DNA of 64,000 nucleotides. Origin: a virus. The stretch is from IMG/VR virus record IMGVR_UViG_3300040960_001746, one strand, 5' to 3'. The notes under the pieces were generated by a model, which saw only the letters and a program-made list of their open reading frames with translations, searched no databases and was not told the DNA's origin. The position numbers and the translations under genes were made by a program. Below, piece by piece: positions 38,426 through 48,400 of the stretch (position 1 is its first letter; every line of letters begins with the position of its first letter).

Positions 38426-39814
38426 TTAATTATTATTTACCGAACTCCTCTTCTTCTCTATCGTTTGTGCGATAAAATCAGACGTTTTCTTTTTCTGTCC
38501 TTTTTCGTGTTGTAAAAGTGTTACGTCAGTACTTTCGCTTGTGTCGATAGTCAATGTTCCATTGTCAAATACAATGTCGTCAAAAACAACTCCGTCCCTA
38601 CCAAATCGAGATTTTAAGATGGCTAATGTTGCTCTCCCCTCTTCTTTTTGATCTAATGTCTTAGCAACTGACAATATAAAGTGTCCGATTTGTCCTTTCT
38701 TAATAGAACCACCCATCATATTCGCCTCTACTAAGTCCGCACCAATTGCACTTCTGTTACCTTGTACCGCAGTCCACCCAGCAATATCTAACTCCGATAA
38801 CATAGTTTCAAATTGTCTCATCACATTTCCTTCACCACTATACTCATCTTTGAATTGTTTAGTGGGTTGAATACAATCAATGTAATCAACGAATACTATG
38901 TCTGGTTTAATACCACTAGAAATTAATTTACGTAGGTATTGTTTGATATGTGGGATAGTAGTACCATCACTTGACATCTTCTTAAGTATAAGATTACCTT
39001 CTAAATTTTGGAATCTAGGTAGTAGTTCTTTTACTTCTTCCTTTCTTTCTCCCAACTCACTTAGTTCTATCTCAGTAAAACATGTTAAGTGTTTTCTTTG
39101 GATAACCTTAACATTATCCTCAAAGAAAATTTGTACTACGTTTTTACCCTCTAAATACGCAGTGTTTGCCATTCTAGTAATTAATGTCGTTTTACCAACA
39201 CCAAATGCTGCTAGAATAACACCCAACTCACCTTTAGATAAACCTCCACCCATAAGGTTATCAATACCTACCAATCCTGTCGGTATAGGATCTCTAAAAT
39301 CATCAGCTAAAACTTCTTCAATAGCGTGAAAGATATCAACACCCTCGTCTTTTTCTGTTCCTACCGATATAGCCTGTTTAACTAATTCTTCACATTCATC
39401 ATATCTATCAAAATCTCCAACATCTAGAATTTTTTGGATTTTTTGAGTAGCCTTCTTAAGTTCTTGTTGTTTGCAGAACTTAATGGCAACATCTTGTGTG
39501 TGTAAACAGTCTCTATTTTCAGATTCTCTAACCTCTTTAATAAGTTCAGTAGCAGATTCTCTGGCAATTTCTCTTCTAACTTCACTCTTTACTATATTAA
39601 AGATAGTTTCATAAGACGGAATGGTTTCATATTTTTCATAGTAATCCTTTATAGATGCAACAACGAGTCTCATGTACTCGTTGTCGAAATAATTAGGATC
39701 GATAATAGAAATAATACTCTCAGAAAACTTATGATCCTCTACTAATTGTTTTACTAATTTTACTTGGAAACTATACCCTAAATAACCTAAATTTAAACTC
39801 TCATTTTTCGCCAT
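38426..39814 (-). CDS. DnaB/T4 gp41-like replicative helicase
   Basis: PTG...ID.LMGGGL.KGEL, Walker A AAFGVGKT, Walker B VFVDYID, WTAVQ.NR and KSRFG. Confidence 0.9.
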   Translation of the reverse strand: MAKNESLNLGYLGYSFQVKLVKQLVEDHKFSESIISIIDPNYFDNEYMRLVVASIKDYYEKYETIPSYETIFNIVKSEVRREIARESATELIKEVRESENRDCLHTQDVAIKFCKQQELKKATQKIQKILDVGDFDRYDECEELVKQAISVGTEKDEGVDIFHAIEEVLADDFRDPIPTGLVGIDNLMGGGLSKGELGVILAAFGVGKTTLITRMANTAYLEGKNVVQIFFEDNVKVIQRKHLTCFTEIELSELGERKEEVKELLPRFQNLEGNLILKKMSSDGTTIPHIKQYLRKLISSGIKPDIVFVDYIDCIQPTKQFKDEYSGEGNVMRQFETMLSELDIAGWTAVQGNRSAIGADLVEANMMGGSIKKGQIGHFILSVAKTLDQKEEGRATLAILKSRFGRDGVVFDDIVFDNGTLTIDTSESTDVTLLQHEKGQKKKTSDFIAQTIEKKRSSVNNN

Positions 39815-39826
39815 TCTTTATCTGAT

Positions 39827-40303
39827 TTAGTTATTAATAAATATGTCGTCAAGTTGATAACCGCAATAATTTTTTGTATAATTTTTATCACTCAACCCCT
39901 GTTGCAAATAATCGATGATTTTAGGTATAATTTTTCTTATGTCGACATCATATCTAACATTAGGTGGGTAGTCATTACCACTAAAAATTCTTTCCGCAAC
40001 CACTCTACCTTTATACTTAATCTGTATAGAAAAGAAATCTTCATTTTCGTAAATGTCTACATTTTTTGTTTCTTCTTCAGTACTAGTAGAATAATAATTA
40101 CTATATCTTTCCATATAATCGTAGGTACGTTCTTTGAACAAATTTCTAATCATATCTGATACCCCACTAACTAGTTCCTTTATTTCATAAGATTTTAAAG
40201 ACTCTTTATTGAAATTGTTTACTGGGAAATTTCTTCCAACAATAGGGTTTCCATTAATCATAAACAGAAATTCATAAGGGTAACTTTTATACTTCTTTTT
40301 CAT
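39827..40303 (-). CDS. Hypothetical protein in the replication operon
   Basis: 158-aa ORF between the exonuclease and helicase genes. Confidence 0.7.
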   Translation of the reverse strand: MKKKYKSYPYEFLFMINGNPIVGRNFPVNNFNKESLKSYEIKELVSGVSDMIRNLFKERTYDYMERYSNYYSTSTEEETKNVDIYENEDFFSIQIKYKGRVVAERIFSGNDYPPNVRYDVDIRKIIPKIIDYLQQGLSDKNYTKNYCGYQLDDIFINN

Positions 40304-40306
40304 ATT

Positions 40307-41350
40307 TTATACATTTACTTTTTTATAATAATTTTTCTCTTTTTTAATTATAGATAGGAATGGTTGTAAAAAATTTATATAACCTTCTCTACCACCTGGT
40401 ATTGCCCACATTAACCCATCCTCTATCATCATATTAATCACATTCTTAGTGTCTCTACCTTCAGGATCCATAGTAGTACTAAATAAGTGATCTAATTCTG
40501 TTTTAGACTCTTCAGTTAATAGTGGATTAGATAAGTCTATTAATTTTTCGTTCACCTCATAAATCATTTCTTTTTGTGATCCTTTGGTAACTTTATTTAA
40601 TATGTTATCTAATGTTTTCAATCTTGTTTTCCTTTCTTTTTGTATTTCTTCAATTTTACTAAAAATATATTCCAAAGTCAAAGTTTTTTCCATTATTTCA
40701 GGAAAAAATTTCACCAATGTTTTTTCACTTACACCAACAATACCTTTAATGTTATCACTAACATCTCCAGTTATCATTTTTATAAGTTTTAAATTTGATG
40801 GGTGGTGATCGAAATCTACTAAATAGTTTTCTTCTGTAACTATCTTTTTAAGATTTAAATCGTAAACTGAAACTTTTTCATTGATTAGTTGACAAAGATC
40901 TCTATCTCTTGTCATAATAACCACTCTTTCGTCCTCAGAGATATTATTTACATAATAACCTATAGAATCATCCGCCTCAACAATATCATCTCTGTATTGT
41001 CTTATAAATAACTCTTCAAGATAAGAATATAATCTTTCTTTCTGTAAATATAAATCTATTTCTGATGGTGGTTGTTCGTTATAGAAATCTTTGTCTCTAT
41101 TAGACTTATAGTCTTTGTATATATCGTATCTTAGTCTACCACTAAATTGTCCATCCCAAAATACATATACTCTGTCGAATTTGTTTTCATTCAACATTTT
41201 ACGAACCATAGTTAAGAATTGAAAAATACCACCTATATGGGTTTCTTTATAGTAAAGATTTTTAGCCCCATGATAGGCGGTTTTTAACAACGAGTCTCCG
41301 TCAACTAATAATGTTCTTTGGATTCTTTTTTTCTTACTTGGAATTCTCAC
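40307..41350 (-). CDS. 5'-3' exonuclease / flap endonuclease (T4 RNase H-like)
   Basis: LLVDGDSL, VFWDG, YKSNR, EADD, RDRDL.QL and GD.SDNIKGI.GV.EKT. Confidence 0.92.
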   Translation of the reverse strand: MRIPSKKKRIQRTLLVDGDSLLKTAYHGAKNLYYKETHIGGIFQFLTMVRKMLNENKFDRVYVFWDGQFSGRLRYDIYKDYKSNRDKDFYNEQPPSEIDLYLQKERLYSYLEELFIRQYRDDIVEADDSIGYYVNNISEDERVVIMTRDRDLCQLINEKVSVYDLNLKKIVTEENYLVDFDHHPSNLKLIKMITGDVSDNIKGIVGVSEKTLVKFFPEIMEKTLTLEYIFSKIEEIQKERKTRLKTLDNILNKVTKGSQKEMIYEVNEKLIDLSNPLLTEESKTELDHLFSTTMDPEGRDTKNVINMMIEDGLMWAIPGGREGYINFLQPFLSIIKKEKNYYKKVNV

Positions 41351-41375
41351 TCATCATTGATTAAACGTTAAACAA

Positions 41376-42428
41376 TCAATTATCTGAATAATCAACGGGT
41401 GTTTCAATTGCGTCTCCTTCTACGATATCAAAAGACATAACATCATCACCTACTGAGTCGAAAACTTCTGCCCAATAATCTTTATAATCACTTTTATATT
41501 GATCAATCGCTTTCTTATCGTCTTCAACAAACCCATGAGTAGTTGCGAGAATTTTACAATCTGCATAACCCAAACCATTCATATGGTTTTTATGGATACC
41601 TACTTTAGTTCTTATCGCAAAATTAACTTTTCTACCCTTATTAGTCGCATTTAGTTTTGAGACCCCTGAACTTTTTTGGTTTCCGAATAAGAATACTAAA
41701 GCACAAGATAAGTAAATTGACTGACCCCCCTTTGGTTGTATTCTAGGTTGTCCAAATGGGTTATCAGGCAACTCTACCCAAGGTTGGTTTACAAATACCA
41801 TAGTATTGGTATAGTCTGATGTTACTTTACGAGAAGACGTTATTCTCTGTGCCATACCCATACCCCATTTTTCTGATATGATTCTAGCAGTATGTTGGTT
41901 TCCTCCTTTTCCATTATATGACATTTCACAAGGAATAGTCCCAATAGAATCCCAACAAAAAACAATATCGTGTGGTATTTCACCATTTTTTTGGGCGTTT
42001 AGAACTTCTGTTACATAGTCAAATGCTTGTTCAATATAATCAAACCCTAACTTATATAATAAAAATCCATCCCAATAACCGATAACCTCACCTGTTTCTT
42101 CATCAACCTCTTCAACGTAGTTAGTTTCTAAACCCATTTGTTTAGCGTGTTCAAAACTAAATTTTTGCTCTGTAATGATAAAAACAGGTAAGATACCTTT
42201 TCTTTGTGCATCAACCGCAGTTTTGATTAATGCGGTTGTTTTTCCAGTATCTGAGTGTCCTAAAAGCATATTAATCTGACCCATAGCAGGACCTGGTATT
42301 CCTGTCGCCTTCTGAAAGGCTTCCCCTAGATCAAAGTACTTTTGTTCTTTGTACTTATCACTAGAGGAGAACTTCTTTCTTATAGACGAAAAATCAGATG
42401 CTTTTTTCTTTAGTGGTTGTTTCGCCAT
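41376..42428 (-). CDS. recA: RecA/UvsX-like recombinase
   Basis: Walker A GHSDTGKT, catalytic TEQ, WDSIG, VFVNQ and KGG. Confidence 0.85.
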   Translation of the reverse strand: MAKQPLKKKASDFSSIRKKFSSSDKYKEQKYFDLGEAFQKATGIPGPAMGQINMLLGHSDTGKTTALIKTAVDAQRKGILPVFIITEQKFSFEHAKQMGLETNYVEEVDEETGEVIGYWDGFLLYKLGFDYIEQAFDYVTEVLNAQKNGEIPHDIVFCWDSIGTIPCEMSYNGKGGNQHTARIISEKWGMGMAQRITSSRKVTSDYTNTMVFVNQPWVELPDNPFGQPRIQPKGGQSIYLSCALVFLFGNQKSSGVSKLNATNKGRKVNFAIRTKVGIHKNHMNGLGYADCKILATTHGFVEDDKKAIDQYKSDYKDYWAEVFDSVGDDVMSFDIVEGDAIETPVDYSDN

Positions 42429-42436
42429 ATTATCAA

Positions 42437-43339
42437 TTAGAATGGTAATTCATCGTCATCATCTAAGGATGATACCTCAACATCATTATCAATATCTTCA
42501 TCATCATTGTTATAATCAGACTCAAAAGATTTTGTAGTTTCAGTTCTCATCATATTGATTTCTTCTGACAATGAAGCAGTTTCCTTCTCTTCTTTATCCT
42601 CTTCCGCAACAAACTTCTTTTGTTCAGAATCCCAAATAGGAGTTTTATTTGTTGCAACGATTTCTAAATATTCATTAGATTTCTTAGCATATACATCCTT
42701 ATAGGTTTCTTCATTATTAAACCATTCGTTTGCATATTCTTTATTCTCAGTAAGAATAGTTACATCATCCGCCATAATAGAATTAACTACACTATGACCT
42801 TTATCATTCCTACCTGAAGTAATAATGATATCCCTACCCTCTCTAGGATCAGTGATATCACCTTTAAGTTTAAACACAGGGATTAGTTTATCCATTACAC
42901 CATCTCCTGTCTTTTTGTGTTTAAATCTCCAAAACTTAACTCCGTGATCCTCATTCTCTCTATCAATTCCTTTAACTACATAGAATTTTCTAGGGATGAA
43001 TTCTTTCGCCAAAGCTTTCGCTTTCTCAGAACCATCTTCATATAAAGCGTCTTTTGCTTCACATAATGGACAATGTTCACCATCATTTAAATGGTTACAA
43101 TAGATTTTTTCCCATTTTCCGTTTACATTTTTTTCGTGATAGTAAACTTCAGTAAATGGAGACTTACCATCTTTAGTAGGTAAGATTCTGAAAGTTTTTG
43201 TTTGTGTTTTTACCCCTTTAGGTAATTTTTCTGTGAAATACTTTTTAAGTCTGTCTTCATTCGACATTTTGTTTCCACTTTTAGTTGGTTCAGTGTTTTT
43301 TTCATACTGAGCCAAAATAGCATCTAAACTGTTACTCAT
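42437..43339 (-). CDS. T4 gp32-like single-stranded DNA-binding protein
   Basis: FRILP, zinc ligands H...C..CPLCE, ITDPREGRDI and an acidic tail ending DDDDELPF. Confidence 0.85.
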   Translation of the reverse strand: MSNSLDAILAQYEKNTEPTKSGNKMSNEDRLKKYFTEKLPKGVKTQTKTFRILPTKDGKSPFTEVYYHEKNVNGKWEKIYCNHLNDGEHCPLCEAKDALYEDGSEKAKALAKEFIPRKFYVVKGIDRENEDHGVKFWRFKHKKTGDGVMDKLIPVFKLKGDITDPREGRDIIITSGRNDKGHSVVNSIMADDVTILTENKEYANEWFNNEETYKDVYAKKSNEYLEIVATNKTPIWDSEQKKFVAEEDKEEKETASLSEEINMMRTETTKSFESDYNNDDEDIDNDVEVSSLDDDDELPF

Positions 43340-43368
43340 TGTATATATTTTTTAATTAATAATATACA

Positions 43369-43397
43369 ATATTACGTATAATTTCCCAAAAAGTCAA
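43369..43397 (-). promoter_or_regulatory. Sigma70-like promoter for the replication operon
   Basis: TTGACT, 17-nt spacer, TAATAT; directly downstream of a terminator. Confidence 0.6.
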
Positions 43398-43404
43398 TAG
43401 GTGA

Positions 43405-43436
43405 TAAAAAGAAAAACCCCACTTATGTGAGGTTTT
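43405..43436 (-). terminator. Intrinsic terminator
   Basis: Minus strand AAAACCTCAC-ATAA-GTGGGGTTTT followed by TCTTTTT. Confidence 0.75.
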
Positions 43437-43463
43437 AATTAAATATTTTATAATAAATTATTT

Positions 43464-44210
43464 TTATTCTTCTTTTTCTGAACCAAAGGACGCTCTTATT
43501 TCTTTTTCATCAAAATTATCAACATCACTTTGTGTTAATGTGAATTCTTCTTCCTCCTCTGTTTCATCATAACCTTCTTTATCTTTCCAATAATCAGTTA
43601 ATTTAACACTGTAAGGGAATGAATCCATCGATCTCATTTCTAACCTCTCCACAGGTGTAGGATTTCGTCTTTCGATTTCTTTTTCTAAGTCATCGATTTT
43701 ATTGATAACGTTATCCATTCCTGAAACTTGTGACTCTAATTCAGATAATTTAGCTAATAAATCATCCATCTTAGTACTAACACCATCAACAGAATTTTTT
43801 GTTTCTTCAGTTTTATCAACAATATCTGTTACATCTACTTCTACTGTATCTTCACTACCTAATGGTTCTTCAGTTGCAAATTCATCTTCTAACTCAGTAT
43901 CACCGAAAGGATCGGTTTCACCCTCAGTATCTGCACCTAACTCTGTTTCACCTTCAACGTCACCAAATGGGTCTTCTAAAGTTTCTTCTTCAGTGTCTGT
44001 AGTAGTATCCTCTACTTCTTCTGGTGTCTCTTCAGTATCTGCAAAAGGATCTTCTTCTTCCGCAGGTGGATCTTGTTCTGTTAACATATCGTCCAAAAGT
44101 AAATCACCATTAACATCTTTAGGGTCATCTTCTTCTGGTACATAGAAAGTATATTCCAATAACTGTCTATATCTTTTTAAATCTTCGGATAATAAATTTT
44201 TCTTACTCAT
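43464..44210 (-). CDS. Highly acidic coiled-coil protein (possible head core or scaffold)
   Basis: D/E-rich region with three DPF(A/G)D repeats, then a coiled coil; N-terminal LLSEDLKRYRQLL. Confidence 0.6.
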   Translation of the reverse strand: MSKKNLLSEDLKRYRQLLEYTFYVPEEDDPKDVNGDLLLDDMLTEQDPPAEEEDPFADTEETPEEVEDTTTDTEEETLEDPFGDVEGETELGADTEGETDPFGDTELEDEFATEEPLGSEDTVEVDVTDIVDKTEETKNSVDGVSTKMDDLLAKLSELESQVSGMDNVINKIDDLEKEIERRNPTPVERLEMRSMDSFPYSVKLTDYWKDKEGYDETEEEEEFTLTQSDVDNFDEKEIRASFGSEKEE

Positions 44211-44211
44211 A

Positions 44212-44397
44212 TTACATTAATAGTTGTCTACCATCATTAGTCTTATAAACTTTGTTTACTCTCTCAACGATTTCTTTTCCATCATTAATCATACACTCTT
44301 CACCTTCACACTCCTTTTGTGTATTAGTGTCGTTAAGAAAATTATCTAATTTATTTCCCAAAGTTTCTTTTTCTTTAGTATCTTTTTTAGTTTCCAT
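44212..44397 (-). CDS. Small hypothetical protein
   Basis: 61 aa; TATTTATA motif upstream at 44411-44418. Confidence 0.7.
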   Translation of the reverse strand: METKKDTKEKETLGNKLDNFLNDTNTQKECEGEECMINDGKEIVERVNKVYKTNDGRQLLM

Positions 44398-44426
44398 AAT
44401 ACTTTTTATTTATAAATATTAAGAAA

Positions 44427-44837
44427 TTAGGAAAAATCTCTATTAATTGTCAATATTTTTAATTCTTCATTTTTAATAATTAACATTTTATTTTGATAAT
44501 TATCCCAATCTATTTTTACATCTTGATGATTTATGTTCCCACTATCTGTATCACTTATAATTTCAATTAATTGATTAAGTGCATTGATCGTATAGAAACA
44601 TTCTCCTTTTTTATGTACAATAATCGTAGATGGGTAAAATGAACTTGTATCAACTCTTTGTCCTTGATTTAACCTAACCATAAAGGTTAAAATCTTTTTG
44701 TCTTCTTCGTTAAAAGTATATTGGAAAATATTTTTATCTAATATTTTAAATCTGTTGTATAGATATTTCTTAAAACTATCTATTTTATCCAAATATACAA
44801 AAGACGCTAGCGTTATAATTTTATTGTTCGATTCCAT
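44427..44837 (-). CDS. Hypothetical protein
   Basis: 136-aa ORF. Confidence 0.7.
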   Translation of the reverse strand: MESNNKIITLASFVYLDKIDSFKKYLYNRFKILDKNIFQYTFNEEDKKILTFMVRLNQGQRVDTSSFYPSTIIVHKKGECFYTINALNQLIEIISDTDSGNINHQDVKIDWDNYQNKMLIIKNEELKILTINRDFS

Positions 44838-45423
44838 AAGTATAAATGTAAGGAATATATCTGTTTTTGTTTTTTATTTTATAAATAAAATCCTTACATT
44901 TATTAAATATCTCAGAATCTATCAAAGTGTTATCTGTTAAATTTTTTATGGTTTTAATAACTTTTTCTTTTTTACCTTCAATTAATGATAAAACATTTAA
45001 ATCTATACCAAATATTAAGTTTTCACCATATATGTAAATCATATTATTCGGTGTTATATAAGTAGTTGGGTTTTTTAAACTCAATATTTTTCTTATAATT
45101 CTAAAGTTTACCATTTTTTTACCATATAATATATCCAAATAAACATATGGGATGTTTTCCCCAAAAGAATTATAACAAAAGGAAATAAATGAATCTAAAT
45201 CTGATTCATATTCTGATTTTCTTTCTTTTGTGGTGAAAGTCCAAAATAATTTAGAATTAATTTGTTTGTGTAAAATAGATACCCCATCTTCAACAAGTTC
45301 TTTTGTTTTTTCCCAACCAATAATTAACGTAGGTAACCTATCGTCAATGGTATCTAACTTACGACAAATCTTAAAGTTTTCTAACTCCAAATTAGAACTT
45401 GTTACTATATTTCCAACATACAT
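44821..45423 (-). CDS. Hypothetical protein
   Basis: 200-aa ORF preceded by a Bacteroidota-type promoter. Confidence 0.7.
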   Translation of the reverse strand: MYVGNIVTSSNLELENFKICRKLDTIDDRLPTLIIGWEKTKELVEDGVSILHKQINSKLFWTFTTKERKSEYESDLDSFISFCYNSFGENIPYVYLDILYGKKMVNFRIIRKILSLKNPTTYITPNNMIYIYGENLIFGIDLNVLSLIEGKKEKVIKTIKNLTDNTLIDSEIFNKCKDFIYKIKNKNRYIPYIYTYGIEQ

Positions 45424-45427
45424 ATTA

Positions 45428-45458
45428 CAAATATAATAATTTTTTTGTAAAAAACAAA
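45428..45458 (-). promoter_or_regulatory. Bacteroidota-type promoter
   Basis: TTTG (45455-45458), 19-nt spacer, TATATTTG (45428-45435), then 4 nt to the ATG at 45423. Confidence 0.75.
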
Positions 45459-48400
45459 TTAAGGATTAAAGAAATCAATTAGTGGTTCTCCTTCATAAGT
45501 AAATTTATTTAATACTTTTTGAAAAACTTTTGCGGATTCCTCAATACTTTTAGGTTTAAATTGTTGTGACGCCAATCTCGATTGATTAAACGAAGTAAAC
45601 GAACCTAACCTACCACCAACCTTGTTTTTTGTGTAGTCTGATCCAGTATAATCATTTTCGTCTTTAATATTTTTCCAAACTTTATAGGTTATTTCAAACT
45701 TTCTTTGGAATGTGGATTGTGTATAACTTTGTGGTGAATTAATTGCTTCTTCACCAAATAAGTCAAAATATTGTTTTCTACCTATCATATATAAGAATCC
45801 TACTGGACGATACATATATTCGTCTCCTTGAAAAATGTTATAATACTTTAAAGTATCTAATTTTGTGATTATTTTACCTTCATTATCAAACTCAACTTTG
45901 TTAAATTCTATTAAAGAAGGTGGTGTAGATCCTTGATAAAAATAAGCTATTTCTGAATTTTCAAAACTAGTTGTAGTTGCAGTAGTAGTAGGTGTATATG
46001 TGAAATATTTATTGCTTGAATCTGAGATAATATTACTACTCTCTTGATATGCTTTAGTTTCACCAGAAAACTCTACATTATTAGGATATTTAAGTTCATT
46101 ATCAGAAAATTCATCATTCGACCAATTAAAATCTTCATCTTGAAAATTGTTTGAATTAGCGAGTGCATTTGCAAAAAACATCGCAACATCTGCGTTAGTT
46201 GATCCATTTATAGTAGTTTTAATAAATTCAATATCATCATTATTTAAATTATCTGTTACCGTTTTAGGTACTCCTATACCATTTAATGTTTCAATAGTTA
46301 TCTGTCCAACCTCAAATTCTAAACCAGCCAATTCAGAATTAACACCAATACTATAAATCTGATTTGTATTATTTAAATTAGTAAACTCTATTTTAGGTAT
46401 CTCATTTGTCGCATTTAAATCGATATCAATGTCCGCAGTTATAGATGTTGTGGGTGGTGATATATATTTAGATTGTCGTACACCTTGAAAATTAGTTGTC
46501 ATATGATTAGGTGTAATACTGTGACTAACACTAGTAATCAAATATGCCCCATTAAAGAATGGTACGTTTTGTAAATCAAAATACATTAATGGTTGTATAT
46601 TCATACATCCCAACGCATCAACTTGACACGTATAGGATCTTGTTTTAAACAATCTTAATAAATCAGTACCCTGATATGTTTTTTGTGTTGCACCTCTTTT
46701 ATCAATTAAATCAGATAAAGCTCTAAAGTATTCACCCGTTTCTTTATGTTCTTGTTGATTTAATGAAACATTTTTAAATATAGTTTGGTTTTGTGCCCCA
46801 AATGCAACCCTAAACGCTACCAATGAAAAATCATCTTCAATATCACTCGCCTTATTTGTGTCTACCATATCGGGTGGTAATTCTCCATTTTTAAACGCAT
46901 AACCATCATTGTTAAAATAATAATTATTTGTTTCTTTTATATCTAAAACTTGTGATGCACCACCTACATATATACAACAATAAACTGGTCCTGATGAATC
47001 AGGTGACTCTAAAGTGGTAAAAGGTCTAAACATTTTTGCAACCTCTGTGGATTCTTTATAGTTAATGTAACTAGGTAGTATTTGGAATAAAAAGTTACTG
47101 TCTCTTAATAATTTAGACATAAAGAAATAAACACTTGTATCTTGATTATTCCCTAAACTTAAAAAACTATTTAAATTTATTGTTGCATCGCCACCAATAT
47201 CTCTCCACCCTCTATCTATAAACTTAAAGTATTGAATTAAATCTCTATCTCCTCCACCACAAACATTAAAACTTTTTTCTGTATCAGATACCCATTTGTC
47301 ATTAATATTTTTAAAATAGTTATATATTTGTAATTTTATCTCTTTTTTGTTTTTTTCACTAAGTTTTTGTTTTTCTTCCTCTACATTATTACCACTAGTA
47401 TCACTATTATCATTAGATTTTTTAGAGAAAAGTTCTGAGAATTTATTTATGTATTCATCTATATTATTAATTGTGATAAATAATTTATTTTTCCTATTTT
47501 TATCAAAAATGTTAGGATTTAATATTATAAGTTCTGTAGTTTTTGTTAATCTTTCAATTAGATAACTTTCTGTTGATCCTATATCGGTAGGTGTGTCACT
47601 AACATAATTATCTAATTCGGATTCAAACTTACCTGTCTGTGTTGAATTAAAATTAAGTTTCACCCAATCTTTAAATTTGTTTATTAATGCGTTTTTAACA
47701 CTAATAGGTAAATTTATCAATTCATCTTCTAATGGTATATCTTTAGACTCTTTAGACTTATAATAACTTATTTTAGTAGGGTAATTATCTTTACCTGTTT
47801 CAAAATTTGTATAATTCGTCCAAACTAATGGATCAGTATTTTCCTTATATCTCCATAATAATGAACCCAAGTAATAAACATATAATTCAGGTAACTTAAC
47901 AATTCTCGCCCCAACGAATTTATCATTAGGGAATAACGAATTTATAAACCCTTTTTTAAAGTCTCTATATGGAATTGTTGATAACAATAAATACCCCCTA
48001 CCAAAAATGTTTTGTTGTGCATAAAAATCATTACCCGTAAAAGTTTCTTCGTACTCTGTTTCGGTGTCATCACTAAAATATGTTTTATTCAAATATTTCC
48101 CTGTAGTGTCTCCAGTAGAAGATTTAACATCTATGTTTACTAATTTTACGTTTTCAAATTTAGTTATCTTAACATTTTTAGTGTTTAAATCTGATGCGGT
48201 ATTTGATGATTTTAATAGATTGTTACCTATTGATTCATCCCAAACATTATATATGTTATTAGTATAAAGATTATTACTTGACACATATTTAGTTTCATAT
48301 ATTAAATCACCCTCATATTCTTTCTTAGTGAATTTACTTTCGTCTTCAGGAAAAAATTTACTGTATTCAGTTGATTGCCTTATACTATCCCAAAGTTTGC

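Noticed and set aside
36482-42428. Inteins or introns in RNR, helicase or RecA
   Set aside because: Lengths are normal, and no intein-like C...HN boundaries or split reading frames were seen
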